From assembly GCA_040357565.1 (NCBI GenBank), contig JBDODJ010000052.1: a DNA stretch of 64,000 nucleotides. One strand, written 5' to 3'. Every line of letters begins with the position of its first letter. The stretch's first letter is position 1. Below, piece after piece: positions 45,497 through 58,457 of the stretch. Position numbers and translations under genes: made by a program. This stretch comes from Cercozoa sp. M6MM (lineage: Eukaryota > Protista > Endomyxa: Ascetosporea). The notes beneath the pieces are model-generated. The model was given only the letters and a program-made list of their open reading frames with translations. It ran no database searches and had not been told where the DNA came from.

Positions 45497-48400
45497 ATGT
45501 GGCAAGTCGAAAGGTACACTTGTTTTTTCTCTTGGACCGTGCGAGACATTGTAAAGGTGTCATTGTTGCAGATTCGACGGTAAAGTAGGACGTCGGCAGC
45601 GGTGCGTTTAATTCACAGTGTATGCTGGCCGTTCTGTTGATTCATTTTGCAGCTCCAATCTCGGCGGTCGACGTGCTCGCGGCACCGATGTACCTTTGGC
45701 TTGTGAGGTTGTTTCCGCGGCTTTAGAGATGCTTTAAAACCTCGGGCAGGCGCAAAAGTCGCGAAAGGAGCTTCTGCAGAGTGCACACATGCAGCGCGTG
45801 AATCTGCAACAACAGCGCTTTCGTTCCGAAGTACGCACACTGTGTGAGTTGAGAAAAACTGAGTTGTCTCACGTGACTTGTGTTGGCAGGCTGCTCTGAA
45901 GATTCAACGGAGTTTTCGCGCACACCGCGCGCGAAGATTACTCCGCGAACGACTGCGCCGCGAATTTGATCAGTCGAGTTCGTTTCTCTTCTGTTTTGCA
46001 AGACGAGTTTATGCCAGACAAGTTTATGCCAGACGAGTTGTGCAAGACGAGTCTGTGTGTGCAGAGGACCCGCTACAGAGAGCGAGACTGGCGCCGTTTT
46101 TCGCTGTTGGCGGCGATGAGTACCTTTTGCTTAAATACAGTGTGCAAACTAGTCTCTCTTTGAGTGTGCGTGTTGGTTACAGAGCACGTGTCGACGCTGT
46201 GCTGGCACATTGGGAACACGAACCGCGTGCTGACACTGTTCGGCAAGTGCAGCGCCTGCTATGCGTGTAGCTTGCGCTTGTTTCTCTTGTCTATTTGTAC
46301 TCTGTGAGTTAACTCAATACTGTTGGACCCAGTCGAGTAAAGTCAATCAAGAACGGGACTGAGGTGTGTTTCACTGTCTGTTTATTTTTTGGACATGTTA
46401 ATATTCGTTGCTTTCACAGTTGCTCAAGAAACTTAACATTGCTTTGAAGACTTGTTCATTTGGTACACTCTATGTGTGTGATATGGGTAATCTTGCGACA
46501 GGGAAGTGTGCCTCAGGCGAATGGAATGCGGAGGACTTGTTTTTTAATGCTCGCCGAGTTGTGGTATCAATCAACAGGGTGTCCTCGCCATTCTAAACAC
46601 TGGAGTGCAGGGCACACTGACTGCTCAAGCGCAACTGATCGGCGTGTGCGCTCTGTTGTTCCAGCTGGCGAAGCGAACGTCGCTGGGCAGGTAGTTTTCA
46701 TGCATCCTAGGGTGTGTGTGTACTGTGCTGTTTCGGCAGGGAGCATTTGCTGGCTTTCATACTATTGACTCCGAATGTTATGGTACATTGTGTGTCGCTA
46801 AAACGATGCAATATAGTCAAAATGTACTTTGGGTGTAGGAGCGTTTGAAAGAGTCGCCTTTATTTGCAAGTAGCAAGTCGTTGGTGTTGCATGCGCCGAG
46901 ACTACCCTCATTGGGTGCTTCGGCCTCGGTTGTTCAATCGAATCTTCGTCCTGTTCTGGCAGATGCCACTCTGCAGACTGGCTGTAATTGCCCTTCCTTT
47001 TCTTTGAAAGCTCCACTGTTATGTCGAAGTTTGAGTAGCGCAATTCTTGGCGACTCATGCGCATGTCTTGTGGTACGATTCTTCTCTCTCTTTTATGCTT
47101 ACCCACCGACTGATCGAACAATGTGCCAAATAGGAGGATCTGGCACCAACACGCAAAGCAGTCGAAAAACACGCACCTTGCTGTCACGGCTTTCGATAAA
47201 AGTGTACCTACTCATCCGATATATTACCCCAAGGTGTACATAATACTTTGTATTACGTAGCCAACGTGGTCGACACTGGCCTTGTTGGCGTGCACCCTGC
47301 AGTGTGAGAGTCTGCATTATGCGCACTGCCTTGACAGTGGCGTTACAAATGGACACGTGGCACGTGCGTTGCCTCTCGCATTAGGCACCTCGGTTGTTTC
47401 AAGCGTCTTGCGTGGTACCTGACTCCCAGGCTGGTGTTGCTATCCTCTGCTGTCAGTCAGAGTGACGCATGATGTGAGTAGTGGCACTGAATTACGTGGT
47501 CACTACCGAAAATGCATATCGCACGCGACACGTGCCTGTGCCTCTGTTCCGGAGTGTCCATCGGGCACCCCAGCAGGTGCAGAAACGTCTGGAACCGCCC
47601 TCTGTGCGACCGGTAGACTGCATACTCTCTTTCTCGTGTATTAAAGTACCATGATAATTTGCGCAGGAGGAGATTAGAATTGTACTCGGGTTGTGCGCCT
47701 TCCTGCAACTGTAGTTGTATCTTTACCGCTCTCACTAGCCCTTTACTTCTTTTGTCTCCCCCAGGTACGTTCATGAAGCACAAAGCTCGAGTCAGCTGCC
47801 TCTACCTGGTAGAGAGTCTTTTCTCTCATGCCGTTAGTTTAGTTTGGGGGCAAGGTGGAGTAATGCGTTGTAGCCGACGATATTCTGCACGTCGTGCGGC
47901 GCCTTCGCGACGTGGCACGTGCGGTTTTCGTGCCGCGTCTGGTGGACCCATCAAATGGTCACCGAGTCAACTCAGCGAGCAGTGATCAGTCTAGCGGTCA
48001 CATGAGTTATCAGACGAGTGAGCAATCCGGCGATCAAACTGGAGATCACCCGGTGAGCCACTGCGTGCGTCTGTTGCGACTCTGCCTGGCACGTGCTCTC
48101 ACCGTCACCGTGAACGCACCGATCGCGAGTGAGCGTACGCGTGCACGTGTGCGACAGGTACGCTTGTTTACAGTCGAAAAGGGACCACTGAAAAGGGACC
48201 AGTTGAAAGGGAACAGTTGAAAGGGAACAGTAAGAAGGGATTAGTGAAAAGAGACCACCTGCTGACACGTGTACACTGGCAGATGATCGAGTCGACCTTT
48301 GACGACACGCTATACGACGCGCTGCAGCAGCGTGACGCCGAGGCAATGGCCGATGCCGATCACGCCGACGACCAAGATCATGACGGCGGCGCCGACGACG

Positions 48401-50984
48401 GCAAAGTCGGCATCAGGGACACAGTGCCACCGGTGTGCATTCCGCGCGAGACGCGCATGCGACTGCTGGCGTCGCGTGTGCGCGAATCGCACAGAGCACA
48501 GTGTACTCGCCCCTTCCAGACATATCTGTATCTATGCATATATTTATATATATATATATCTTTATTATAATATATGTTTATATTTATATATATTTATATA
48601 ATATATGTTTATATTTGTATATTTATATATTTCTATGTATTTATATTTATATATATATAGATGTATATGTATGCATGCATGTGTCCAGTACACGACGATG
48701 CCGTGCACCTGCGAATCCACCGTGATCGCTTGTTCGCCGATGCACATGCACAGGTACGCACTCTGGTGAAGGTATGCGTAAGAGTAACTTGTGTGCTGAT
48801 AGATTCTGCGACTGAACGACATTGCACTTAAAGCGCGTTGGCGTGTCGTTTTCGTTGATCAGTTCGGACGACAAGAAGTGGGTACATTTTGGCTGTTCTA
48901 AGTTTACGCTAAAACTGCGTCTGTCCCTGCGTTAAATGGACGAATGGAGCAGGTATTGATGGCGGCGGTCTTTACAAGGAGTTTCTGGCCGAGTTTTTCG
49001 AGCGCGTGTTCGACCCGCGACACGGCCTGTTCCGCAGCACGAGCAATGTATCTGCTCACCATACTGCCCTACCTGCTTTAAGCGTTACTATGTGTACAGG
49101 GCGACTTGTACCCATCACCGGCGGCGTACCTGGGCAATGTTGGCAACGAAAGCACAGTGGAGGAACACTTCGAACTGATCGGCATCGTCATGGGCAGAGC
49201 ACTCTTCGACGGCGTCACAATGGCGGCGCGTTTCTCGCCTTCCTTCCTGCGTCTCATCATCAACGCTGTCATCACTGGTGCGAACACATTGTCTGTGTGT
49301 TGTCTACCTGGTCATGTGTCTGTGTGTGTTTGTCTACCTGGTCATGTGTCTGTGTGTGTCTTCTGACGAAATGACTGCAGGTGTTACCGCCTTTGTGATG
49401 GAGGACGAAGACAGCGAAAGCGAAAGCGAAGGCGAGAGTGACGAAGAGAGTGAGGACAGTGAGAGCGATCACTACGAGAACGACGATGACAGTGATGAAG
49501 AGAGTGACGACGAGGACGGCGACTTGAAACGTGCCACCGATATGGCCGTGTGCCTGCCTGCCATGCTGTCTGAACTGGAAGGTACCACTACCCACGTTGT
49601 TTGCCCATATAATATATATATATATGCATGTGTACATATATGTATATGTCGGTTGTTATGCTTGTGATGTTAGCATTCGACTCGGCTTTGTACCGCGGGT
49701 TGTGCGCTCTGCGCGATGCCTCGCCTGAGCAGGTGTGTCGCGTTTGTCCCATGTATGTACAGTACTCGTCTATTTCAGAACGCTTTGCTTGTAGTTCGGA
49801 CTCATTCTGGGCGACGATGCCTACTTCACAGCGCAGGTAAGCAGTCATAGTCCTCGTGCACACGTAGTTATCTGCACACACACACACACACACACCTGGA
49901 CAGGTATCAGAACTAGGCGTCATGCGGGAGGTACCGCTGTGCCGAGGTGGTGCGAAACGCCGCGTGACGCACCGCAACCGTCTGCAGTACATCGTACGAT
50001 ACCCTGCGTTATGTCGTTGCTGTTTCGATTGTTTCTTGAGAGTACTTTCATTGTTTAACAGATGCAACTCACGCAGTTCCGTCTGCGAACGCAGCAGGAA
50101 CAACAGACGCGTGCACTGGTTCATTTCCTCCCTTCTTATTTGTCTGGGCGGTGTTTGCCGTGTCAATAAGTGTGTATGGCAAGTGCTGTGCGTGACAGGT
50201 GACAGGCCTGCTGCGTGTACTACCAGTGCGCTGGCTGCGCTTGTTTTCGCCAGACGAGTTGCAACATTTGCTCTGCGGACACGATGGTGTGTTTTCCTTT
50301 CGTCATACGGATTATTCCTACTCGTGCGCACAGATTTTGACGTGGCGGAACTTCGTGCTGCGGCACATACGAACATCGTAGGCGACACTGCACGTGGTTC
50401 CCAGGTCATCCAGTGGTTCTGGGACATCCTCTTTGGTACACGCACAAACTTTCCCTGTTTGTTACTCAGTACAATACACATAAGTGTATACATATATATA
50501 TTATATGTATAAATTTTACATTGCAGAAATGACGGCCAAGGAACGAAGTCAGCTGCTTCGATTTGCAACGTACCCTTATTGCATCCTTAAGTACATACAT
50601 ACTCGTTCCCTACACTCCTGTGTTTTACCTAGTTCGTCACCACGAGCGCCGTTGCTCGGTTTCGATGCTCTGCGGCCACGCTTTGCCGTTGCTGTCAAGT
50701 ATGTGAAACACCCCCGCATGTCAACGCGAGCCTCTTCCGCGACAAATTGGGTGTGTTTGTGCAGCACGAATGGAGACCCGGATGCGCTTCCGACCGCCGC
50801 TACGTACCGTGTTTTACATGGTCCAGTACCATTGGAAGCCAAGTGTGGTTTCTTGATTTGTTGTGCATCCTTGGGTTATAGGTGCGTTAACATGCTTCGT
50901 CTCCCTCCTTCACATACTCGCGCCTCACTCGAACGAGCCTTGCGCCAGGCGCTGGAGCATGCCACCGGCTTCGGTCTGAGCTGA
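45497..50984 (+). CDS. HECT E3 ubiquitin ligase with IQ motif, UBE3C/UPL6-7/HUL5-like
   Basis: N-terminus MWQVER|FDGKVGRRQR|SNLGG and IQ motif AALKIQRSFRAHRAR. HECT segments CIPRETRM, GIDGGGLYKEF, FDPRHGLF, LYPSP, WLRLFSPDELQHL, VIQWFWD and LPTAAT|CVNMLRLP (catalytic Cys); ends GFGLS-TGA. Confidence 0.92.
48535..48665. repeat. Degenerate (TA)n tract in a HECT-gene intron (similar tracts at about 1297-1372, 9348-9418 and 19253-19293)
   Basis: Read directly from the sequence. Confidence 0.9.
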
Positions 50985-51008
50985 GTTTTAATGCCTCCTC
51001 AGTTTCGG

Positions 51009-51072
51009 CCAGCGCGAAGCTTGTACACCAGCGCGAAGCTTGTACACCAGCGCGAAGCTTGTACACCAGCGC
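51009..51072. repeat. 19-bp tandem repeat CCAGCGCGAAGCTTGTACA, 3.4 copies
   Basis: Perfect copies at 51009, 51028 and 51047, plus a partial copy at 51066. Confidence 0.95.
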
Positions 51073-51186
51073 AGAAGAAACTAGTCCGGCAGTAAAAAAG
51101 TATAGCAATCACTCAAAACGGCCCAGGAGAACTTCAACGTATTTAAAACCTGCTAGAGTTGCCAAAAAACCCGCTAGAGCTGCCCG

Positions 51187-53304
51187 ATGGGCTTTTTGTC
51201 GCGCATCTTCGGGCGGATCGACTTTGAGGGGTGCAATAATCGTTGTTTTGGATTCTAGCTTGGGTGTTATAATTTGGTGTTTGCACAGTGCGGTGAGTGC
51301 GATTACCGCGGATGATACTCGCACCTTGAGAGCGTGTCGGCATTGGGCTGACGATGAGAAGTGGTTCGAACAAAGCTCTGCGGCAGCGAGTCGCTCGACT
51401 GTGCTTCATTTCGCCTGTGCGATGGGACGGCGGGAATGCTTAAACGTCTTGCTGTCTTATTGTCCGCCAGCCTTGCTGGCGAAGCGAGATTCAAGAGGAC
51501 GGAACGTTCTCGTTGTTGCCATTCAGGTATAGCACTGGTCCCTGCATTAATGTAGGTTCCATTTTACTATTTTGGCTCAGCAACAACACCATGAGTGTGT
51601 GGAGACGCTGTTGCGGTATGTGCGGGACCACGAGGGTGCGTTTGAGTGTCTCATGCAACAAGACACCCTGCGCTGCTCTGTGTTCCACCATGCTGCAGAA
51701 TTCGGTATTTCCTCCTGTTTCCAGTGCTTTGCTCCTATGAGCACAGTGATTTTCAGGCAATGCCGAGGTGTACGCACTTCTCTCGAAAACGTGCGACGCC
51801 TGTCTGGGTAGCCTGTTATGTCAGTGCTTAAAATGTTCTGGAAAGTGCTGTAAACTAGAAAACGATTGGGCGGCACGGCTTCTGCTTACGGAAAGCGCGG
51901 TCTGCTATTTTTTGTACTGGTGTCTCAGATTTTTACTGGTCAAACACAGGAGACGCTGAGCCCGCTACTTCGGGCACTCCTGACCAACGCGCCTGTGTAC
52001 CTGTCCATGCTGCGCACTCTGGGTATCGAGAGCAACGATATCGAACAAGTCCGCGCTCTCATTAGTCGCGTATCTTTTCCTTCAGGTTTAGTGCCTCTCT
52101 GTTGGAACGTTTGGAGCGTTTGAATGTTCACAGGAGCAAGTGACGCGAAAGCTCAATGTGCTGCTTTCGAAGGGTACGGCCGAGTCTCTGGCCTTGTGCA
52201 CTGCAATGTACGACGACGTTCTTGACGGCGTGCTGCAAGGCATGCGTTGTTTTTCCAAGAATGACCCTCTGGTAGGATGCACACACGCACGTCTATATGT
52301 TGTGTATGCAAGATGGTGCACCTTTTGTGTTAAAAGGAACGGGTCATGAGGAGACTGGCACGAAACAGCTCGACCAGGGAAGACTTTCTTTTTCTCCAAG
52401 CGTGTTTGCGACATGAAATTCCGCGTGTCTCTCATGTATAATTTCAGTCTATTTTTCATGTTGTTTGTGCCCTATTAGATGCGGTGTTGACGAGTAGGAC
52501 AAGTTTTGCTCGTTCGTGCCGGCGGTGCAGATGTGCCTCTCAGGCCAGCTTCTGTGCTGCGGAGTCGAAGCGATGCGCGTGCTGTGCGATGCCATGTACG
52601 AAGCGGATGTGCCGCTGTCTTGGTGCCTCAACGCGCTCGCTATCGGCGCTTTCATGACCAGGTAAACAACGCTGCCTTGCGTGTTTGTACAGGTGTATTA
52701 AAGAAGCAGTGATCAAGAACAACATGAGAGGGGCATGTGTGTGCTGCACGAGTTGCTGTCACACCCGATTGCGCGACACTTGATCGACAGCCCTGAGAGC
52801 TCTGATGAAGCTGAAGTTGACCCTGTTGGTTCCTATCTTTCAAGGTGGCTTTAGCTTTAATTTTTAACTCAAGTTGGGTTTTTTCAACGTGTACTTTTTC
52901 AACAGGATTGTCAACAACAACATCGGAAATTTTGAGCAACGGAGACAGGCTATTGCCGACCTGTTCGCTCGTTTCCGTACTCTCCCTATTCTTCTGAGGC
53001 ACCACATTCGATTATTCATATGCTGTTGGGTTTTGAGTGTAGATTGGCTTTGCAGTTCGCTCACCATCAAAGACTTTGATGCCGAAAATACCGAAAGAAA
53101 TGATGCTCTGTGCATGGATACACAACGTGCCGTTCAACAGATTTGTGAGGAAGCGTCGGACGCGTTGTCATCATGTAAGTTGGGCCACATTTTAATTTTA
53201 CATTTTGCCTGGATCCTTATTTTATGCCAGACCTCGTCGAGGACTGCGTGGCTACCGTGCTTGCCTTTTGCGTTGACACCACTGTGCATCGCACCGAGTC
53301 TTGA
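51187..53304 (+). CDS. Ankyrin-repeat protein
   Basis: Begins MGFLSRIFG. Ankyrin repeats STVLHFACAMGRRECLNVLL, DSRGRNVLVVAIQ|QQHHECVETLL and SVFHHAAEF|GN. The 3' end (LVEDCVATVLAF..TES-TGA) is inferred from splicing. Confidence 0.72.
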
Positions 53305-53464
53305 CGGTGCAGTGTTATTTTAGCCAAGCCAGCTGTTGCGCTGCGACACTAACTTTATGCACACCAGTTGCATCGAATGGCGATGATGAGCGGCACACGA
53401 CCGCACAGCCGGCCTGCCCGTGCCGCGCTTTTACTGTGATAGGCTAGCTAGCGTAGCTTTAAAG

Positions 53465-53997
53465 TTACTTCAGAATGGAAGAAAGCCGCGCGTATGCAAT
53501 GCATGCGATGCTAGACGTACAACTGTTCGCTGTCATTGACGCCGATGTCGGGCGTCTCCGAGTGCAGTTCGACTGGGCCATTGACAGACGAGCTGGCAGA
53601 ATCGTGCCCGACCAAATCAGAACGCGTTTCATTGGGCACATCCACTGCCACAAAATAGACAGAATACAGACGCTACAGACGTGTTTGTCCAGGAGAAAGT
53701 ACGGGCTGGCACAGCATATCGATCGGCACGCCGTTCCTCGGGCAGCAAAAACATCGAAAGGATGTCACCCAGGGTAAACACGCCAAGCAAGTGGTCATTG
53801 GCATCGACAATGTAACCCGTATGCCGCCGCGCATTGATCATCGTTTTAAACACAACTAAACGCACATAAGTAATGTTCAATAATTGCGTACGGGCAGAAG
53901 TACCATCAAGCGAGTTGTTAACAGTAAAGATTGGCAGCATATCACGACTGTGCTGCAGCATCGACAGCACTGTCAAGCCACAGGCGTATGCATGCAC

Positions 53998-54047
<50 letters not shown>

Positions 54048-54052
54048 CACAC

Positions 54053-54090
<38 letters not shown>

Positions 54091-55787
54091 AGAAGACACA
54101 AAGAACTCATCCTACCAGGGCGATCCAACTGTAGGTACTGACGCGAGACAGCCATGTTGCGCACATCGCTTCTAGTGAAGGCGTTCAGCAGCTTGCCTGT
54201 TCTACAGGTACCAAAGTATGCAGTATGGACAATGGCCAAGGGGAGGCAGTATACTCATCAACGATCGGCACTGTGGGGATCCTGTGGTCGGCCAACTACA
54301 CACATGGCATGCGAAGCACAAGGCACCCGCGAGCGAAAGCTGGATGTACCAGTCCGAGCACATCAACGACGCGCGCAGCCGGCGGGGCCTGGATCAAGTC
54401 GTCGGCAGTGGTGCCCATTTCTACCAGCACGCACGCATGGGTGCCCATGTTCGCCATCGAAACATGGTGGAAGTACCGAGTGCGTGCAAAGGCAGCTCGA
54501 GCAACTCCTGGAAGTCCGACAGTCGGTTCATGAGCATCCACAACACTCTCTGCGTACACACTATAACATCAGAGAATAACTGGACTGTATGAACGTATGT
54601 TAGCTACATGGTGCGACAGCAGACACAGCACGGAAGAGTCCTCGCATGACACCACTGGCAGTCGGTGGATGTGGTGCTGTGCACACATTCACAAATGCAT
54701 GCCATCCGTATCCTTACACTTGCATAGCTCAAACAAGTAGGCATCTACCTGGTGCAGCAAGCGGACGCCGTGCAGCACCGAGTCAGACGGAGCAATGCAC
54801 AGAAGGTTGCGCATCGAGCGGCCCTGCTTCTCCTTGATGTCACTCCACTCGCTAATCCGTTGCTCTTCAAGAGAGACCTGTGAGGGAGGGGGCAAGATAG
54901 AGTAACAATTATGAAGAAAGGTACAAGGTGGGTGGGCGGAAAAGGGTACAATACCGGAATGGCAGCGGCAGCAGCAGCAGCGGCCGCAGCACTCAGTTGC
55001 TCGAGTCTCGGACGACTGCGACGACCGGCGGCGACACTGTCACTAGACTTTATCTCTTCGGCACCACGGGCCTCCTCAATATCTGAAGGTTCGGTATCAA
55101 TGGCAGCATTGTCACTTCGCGTGTGCGAGTGAGACACGGTTTGCCGACGTCGCGTCGCCGAACTGGTACTCTGCGAGGGCGCTAGCACCGCCTGTGCCAG
55201 ATAACATACACAAGTATACACATATGTATAGAAATTAAAGTATAAACAAAGCAAGCACCTGCTCATTCTGAGCTTGCCGCGCATAGTACACTAGCACATC
55301 GACAAAATCCGTCACCGTACTGTAGACACATGACAAGCACATGAAACACACCAGATAACCCCAAGGCAGTAGAGACACGGGTACAGCATGCCTGCGTAGT
55401 CTTGCTTCTCATTGTCCCACCTGGAGAACACGTCCACACTTAGGAATCCAATACAATTCACACAGATTTGGTGTACACGACGGCAGACTTGATGTCGTGC
55501 TCGACGAGGCCACGAAAGGCGTATTTCATTTTGAGACTCCGGTCAAACACGACCTGTGGAATTAGGCACACTCCAGCTCACTAAATATAAGAAATATCAC
55601 CAACAGCTACCACTTTCGATGAGGGCGGCATCAACGAAAACGCCGTGCTCTGCGCCAAGCAGCGCCGGCCTGCAAAAAAAAACGCCAGTTCGACCGCAAA
55701 GAAGCAAAACCCTTCTCGAGGAAATTAACCTTGTCGGATAAGCTGCTGCAGCAGCTCTGCTTCGAAGCTCTTGCGTGTTTCCATCAT
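53465..55787 (-). CDS. AMPK/SNF1 gamma subunit-like CBS-domain protein
   Basis: Motifs LMPPSSKV|VVFDRSLKMKYAFRGLVEHDIKSA, WDNEKQDYAGML|TVTDF, LEEQRISEW, HIHRLPVV, FTRSDV and GVFTLGDIL. Confidence 0.85.
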
Positions 55788-55939
55788 GTTCCCACACACT
55801 TGCACTGTCTTACGGTCTGTGCAGTTGTCAAATATACTGTTTAAAAATCAATCAACGATGGCCGATCAGCGATCAGCCGTCCGTGGCGGGTGAAGCGCGC
55901 ACCCCCGCGAGTTCGACGCAATGCCGGTTTGGAACTACC

Positions 55940-57717
55940 ATGAAGCCACTCGCCGTGTTTTTTGGTGCTTTAGGAGCGCTCTTAGCAGCAATCGCGCTAA
56001 CTTGGCACAAACCGACTGGTACGCAGCGAATGAATGAATGTTGGGTGCGACATGTGTATCTATGTGATGTATACATATCTAAATGTACGTATCTATGCAT
56101 TTAGGTATTATGTATTTCTCTTTACGTTTATCGTTGCAATGTCTAATATATTGATACCTGGTACGAGCAGTGGTGGACCACAGAGATGATGCGACGGAAC
56201 TGGCTCTGCTGCGAGATATGGCACTGGATGCGCAAAACCAAGAGTGCTCGCCCCAGGCCAATCCTAGACTGAACTTTGCTCGCCCCAGACCTCCGCTGTT
56301 TTTTGGTAAAGCTGCCTGGGGTTGGGTGTGTATATTTTGAGAAAGGAATGTCGTGAATAGAGGCAGATCATCAAGTGGAGCACTTGGTTTTTGAGGGTGG
56401 CGGGGCTCGGGCTCTCTCTTACTGTATCAGTTGGACCTCACTGAAAGCTGTTTCCTCTGATTCGTTGTCTGGTCTGTCTACAGTAGGAGCACTGCAGACA
56501 CTCGAAGACCTTCCGCATTCCACGTTCTTACTCGACAAGGTGTGTCTGCATTGCTTTGTGGCACCTAACTCAGGGGGTATTAACGTGTCGACGATTTCAG
56601 TCCTTTTGTGGTAGATCCATTCGGTCGCTGGATCTTCTGCAGGGAGCGTGATCGCACTGGGAACCGCCGTGGGTACCGTTGCTTTTAACATCTGCCATAG
56701 GCATATTAATGTCCGCGCTCGTTGAATCAACAGGCTGCAAGCCTCATTCGTTGTTGAACACAATTCGAGTGCATGTACGCTATGCTGCATTGGCTTGCTT
56801 GTTGTGTTTTTATGTAGTGTCTGGACAGTTTCGACGTCTGCAACGCGAGGATTTCGACTGGTCCTTCCCGGAGTCGGTTGTGAGGTGGCCACGTCGAGTG
56901 TACTCGATGATTAACCACGGTACACCGAGCAGTTCAACAAGTTGATGTGTGTAAGTAAGCATATGGGAGTCAAACTGCAGGCTCGGTCAACGACGGCGAC
57001 ACGCTGATGCAAGTGACGCAGGATATCGTACGATGCGGTGGTCTGCCGGCAAACGCAACGTTCGGCGACTTGTACCAGCAACGCGGCATTACCCTCGTCG
57101 TCACTGGTGTGCTCAGTTGGTTTGTTGCAGAGTAAAATATCTTCTGCACTCTTTCTCAAGTAGCTACGGAACTGTCGACCTTGAAAGTGCGCTACTTTTC
57201 GCCAACGACATCGCCCGATGTTGCGCTTGGTATCGATAGTATGCTGCTGTGCGTTTTCCGATTGTGTCGATGCTTGTCGGGTCCAGCCGACGCTGTGGTG
57301 GCCTCGCAGTCGATTCCATTCGTTTTCGCTCCAAAACGCATTGGCAGGCAACTGTATATCGATGGGGTAAATTACACAAGACACAAAACCAGAAACAAAA
57401 GGCTTTCGATGTCGTGCATTCACTGTTGTGCAGGGAATTGGACATCAGTTTCCGCTGGCTCTCTTTGATGGCAGCATCGAGTCGCACACCATTGTACATC
57501 CAATTCTCTGTGTGAATGCACCTGAGCAAATAATTTGTGCAGGAGGATAGGAGAACACACCCGTCCACACTCGGGTTTCTGCTTGTCGACAGCGATGTCG
57601 AAGTTGTCGACTTTGACTCGACGCAGGTGACGCTAAAACCAAAGGAACCACCAGCACACCTACCCAGTGGTTTGGAACAATTTCTCTCATACATTAATGC
57701 ACCGAGGTGTCACCTTG

Positions 57718-57765
<48 letters not shown>

Positions 57766-57775
57766 NNNNNNNNNN

Positions 57776-57828
<53 letters not shown>

Positions 57829-58327
57829 ATTCGACGTGGATGGGAGCTTCGGACGTGCTAGGCCAGTCCGTTATTTTCCTTTGCTCATGGATTATGCACA
57901 AATGTCTCTAAAGTGATACGTGATAACACTGTAGACTAGTGAACCTGTGGCAAGGCTCACTTGAGAACATGCAGGCTCAGGCGTTGTACCCGTCTGCTGA
58001 AGCGTACCACTGCTCTGCCGTGCTTACAAATAGGAGGTACAGCGAGTTGTTCTCCTGAATTAGATTGTGGCGGCGAACGTTGGTTATGGAGGCGGGCGAG
58101 TACGAGTCGTTTGATTTCGCACTCGATGATGACAAGCTGAATGCGATTGTGCAATTGGGTACATGCTTTCCTTTGTCATGAGTGAACCAAAATACTTGTT
58201 GTTCTTGCAACTCAGGCGCCCGCTCTGTGCTGGCCCAGTTGCAAGACACTTCAGTGTCAAGCGCGAGGTGTCGAGACAGGTTGAACCCGAAGAACGGAAG
58301 GTGACGAGCGCAACTACGAAATCTTAG
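55940..58327 (+). CDS. Patatin-like phospholipase with N-terminal signal/anchor
   Basis: Hydrophobic start MKPLAVFFGALGALLAAIAL. Oxyanion LVFEGGGARALSY, nucleophile GSSAG, ASQSIPFVF and catalytic YIDG|GIG..FP. Confidence 0.88.
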
Positions 58328-58457
58328 GAGCGCAACTGCACGAAATCCTAAGATGAACCGAATTGGATCGATGCCGTGACACGCATCTCGTCTTCGCTTG
58401 TCTGATTCGATTTGATCTAAAGCTATTTATCAATATTTCCCGATATTGGTAAATTTA

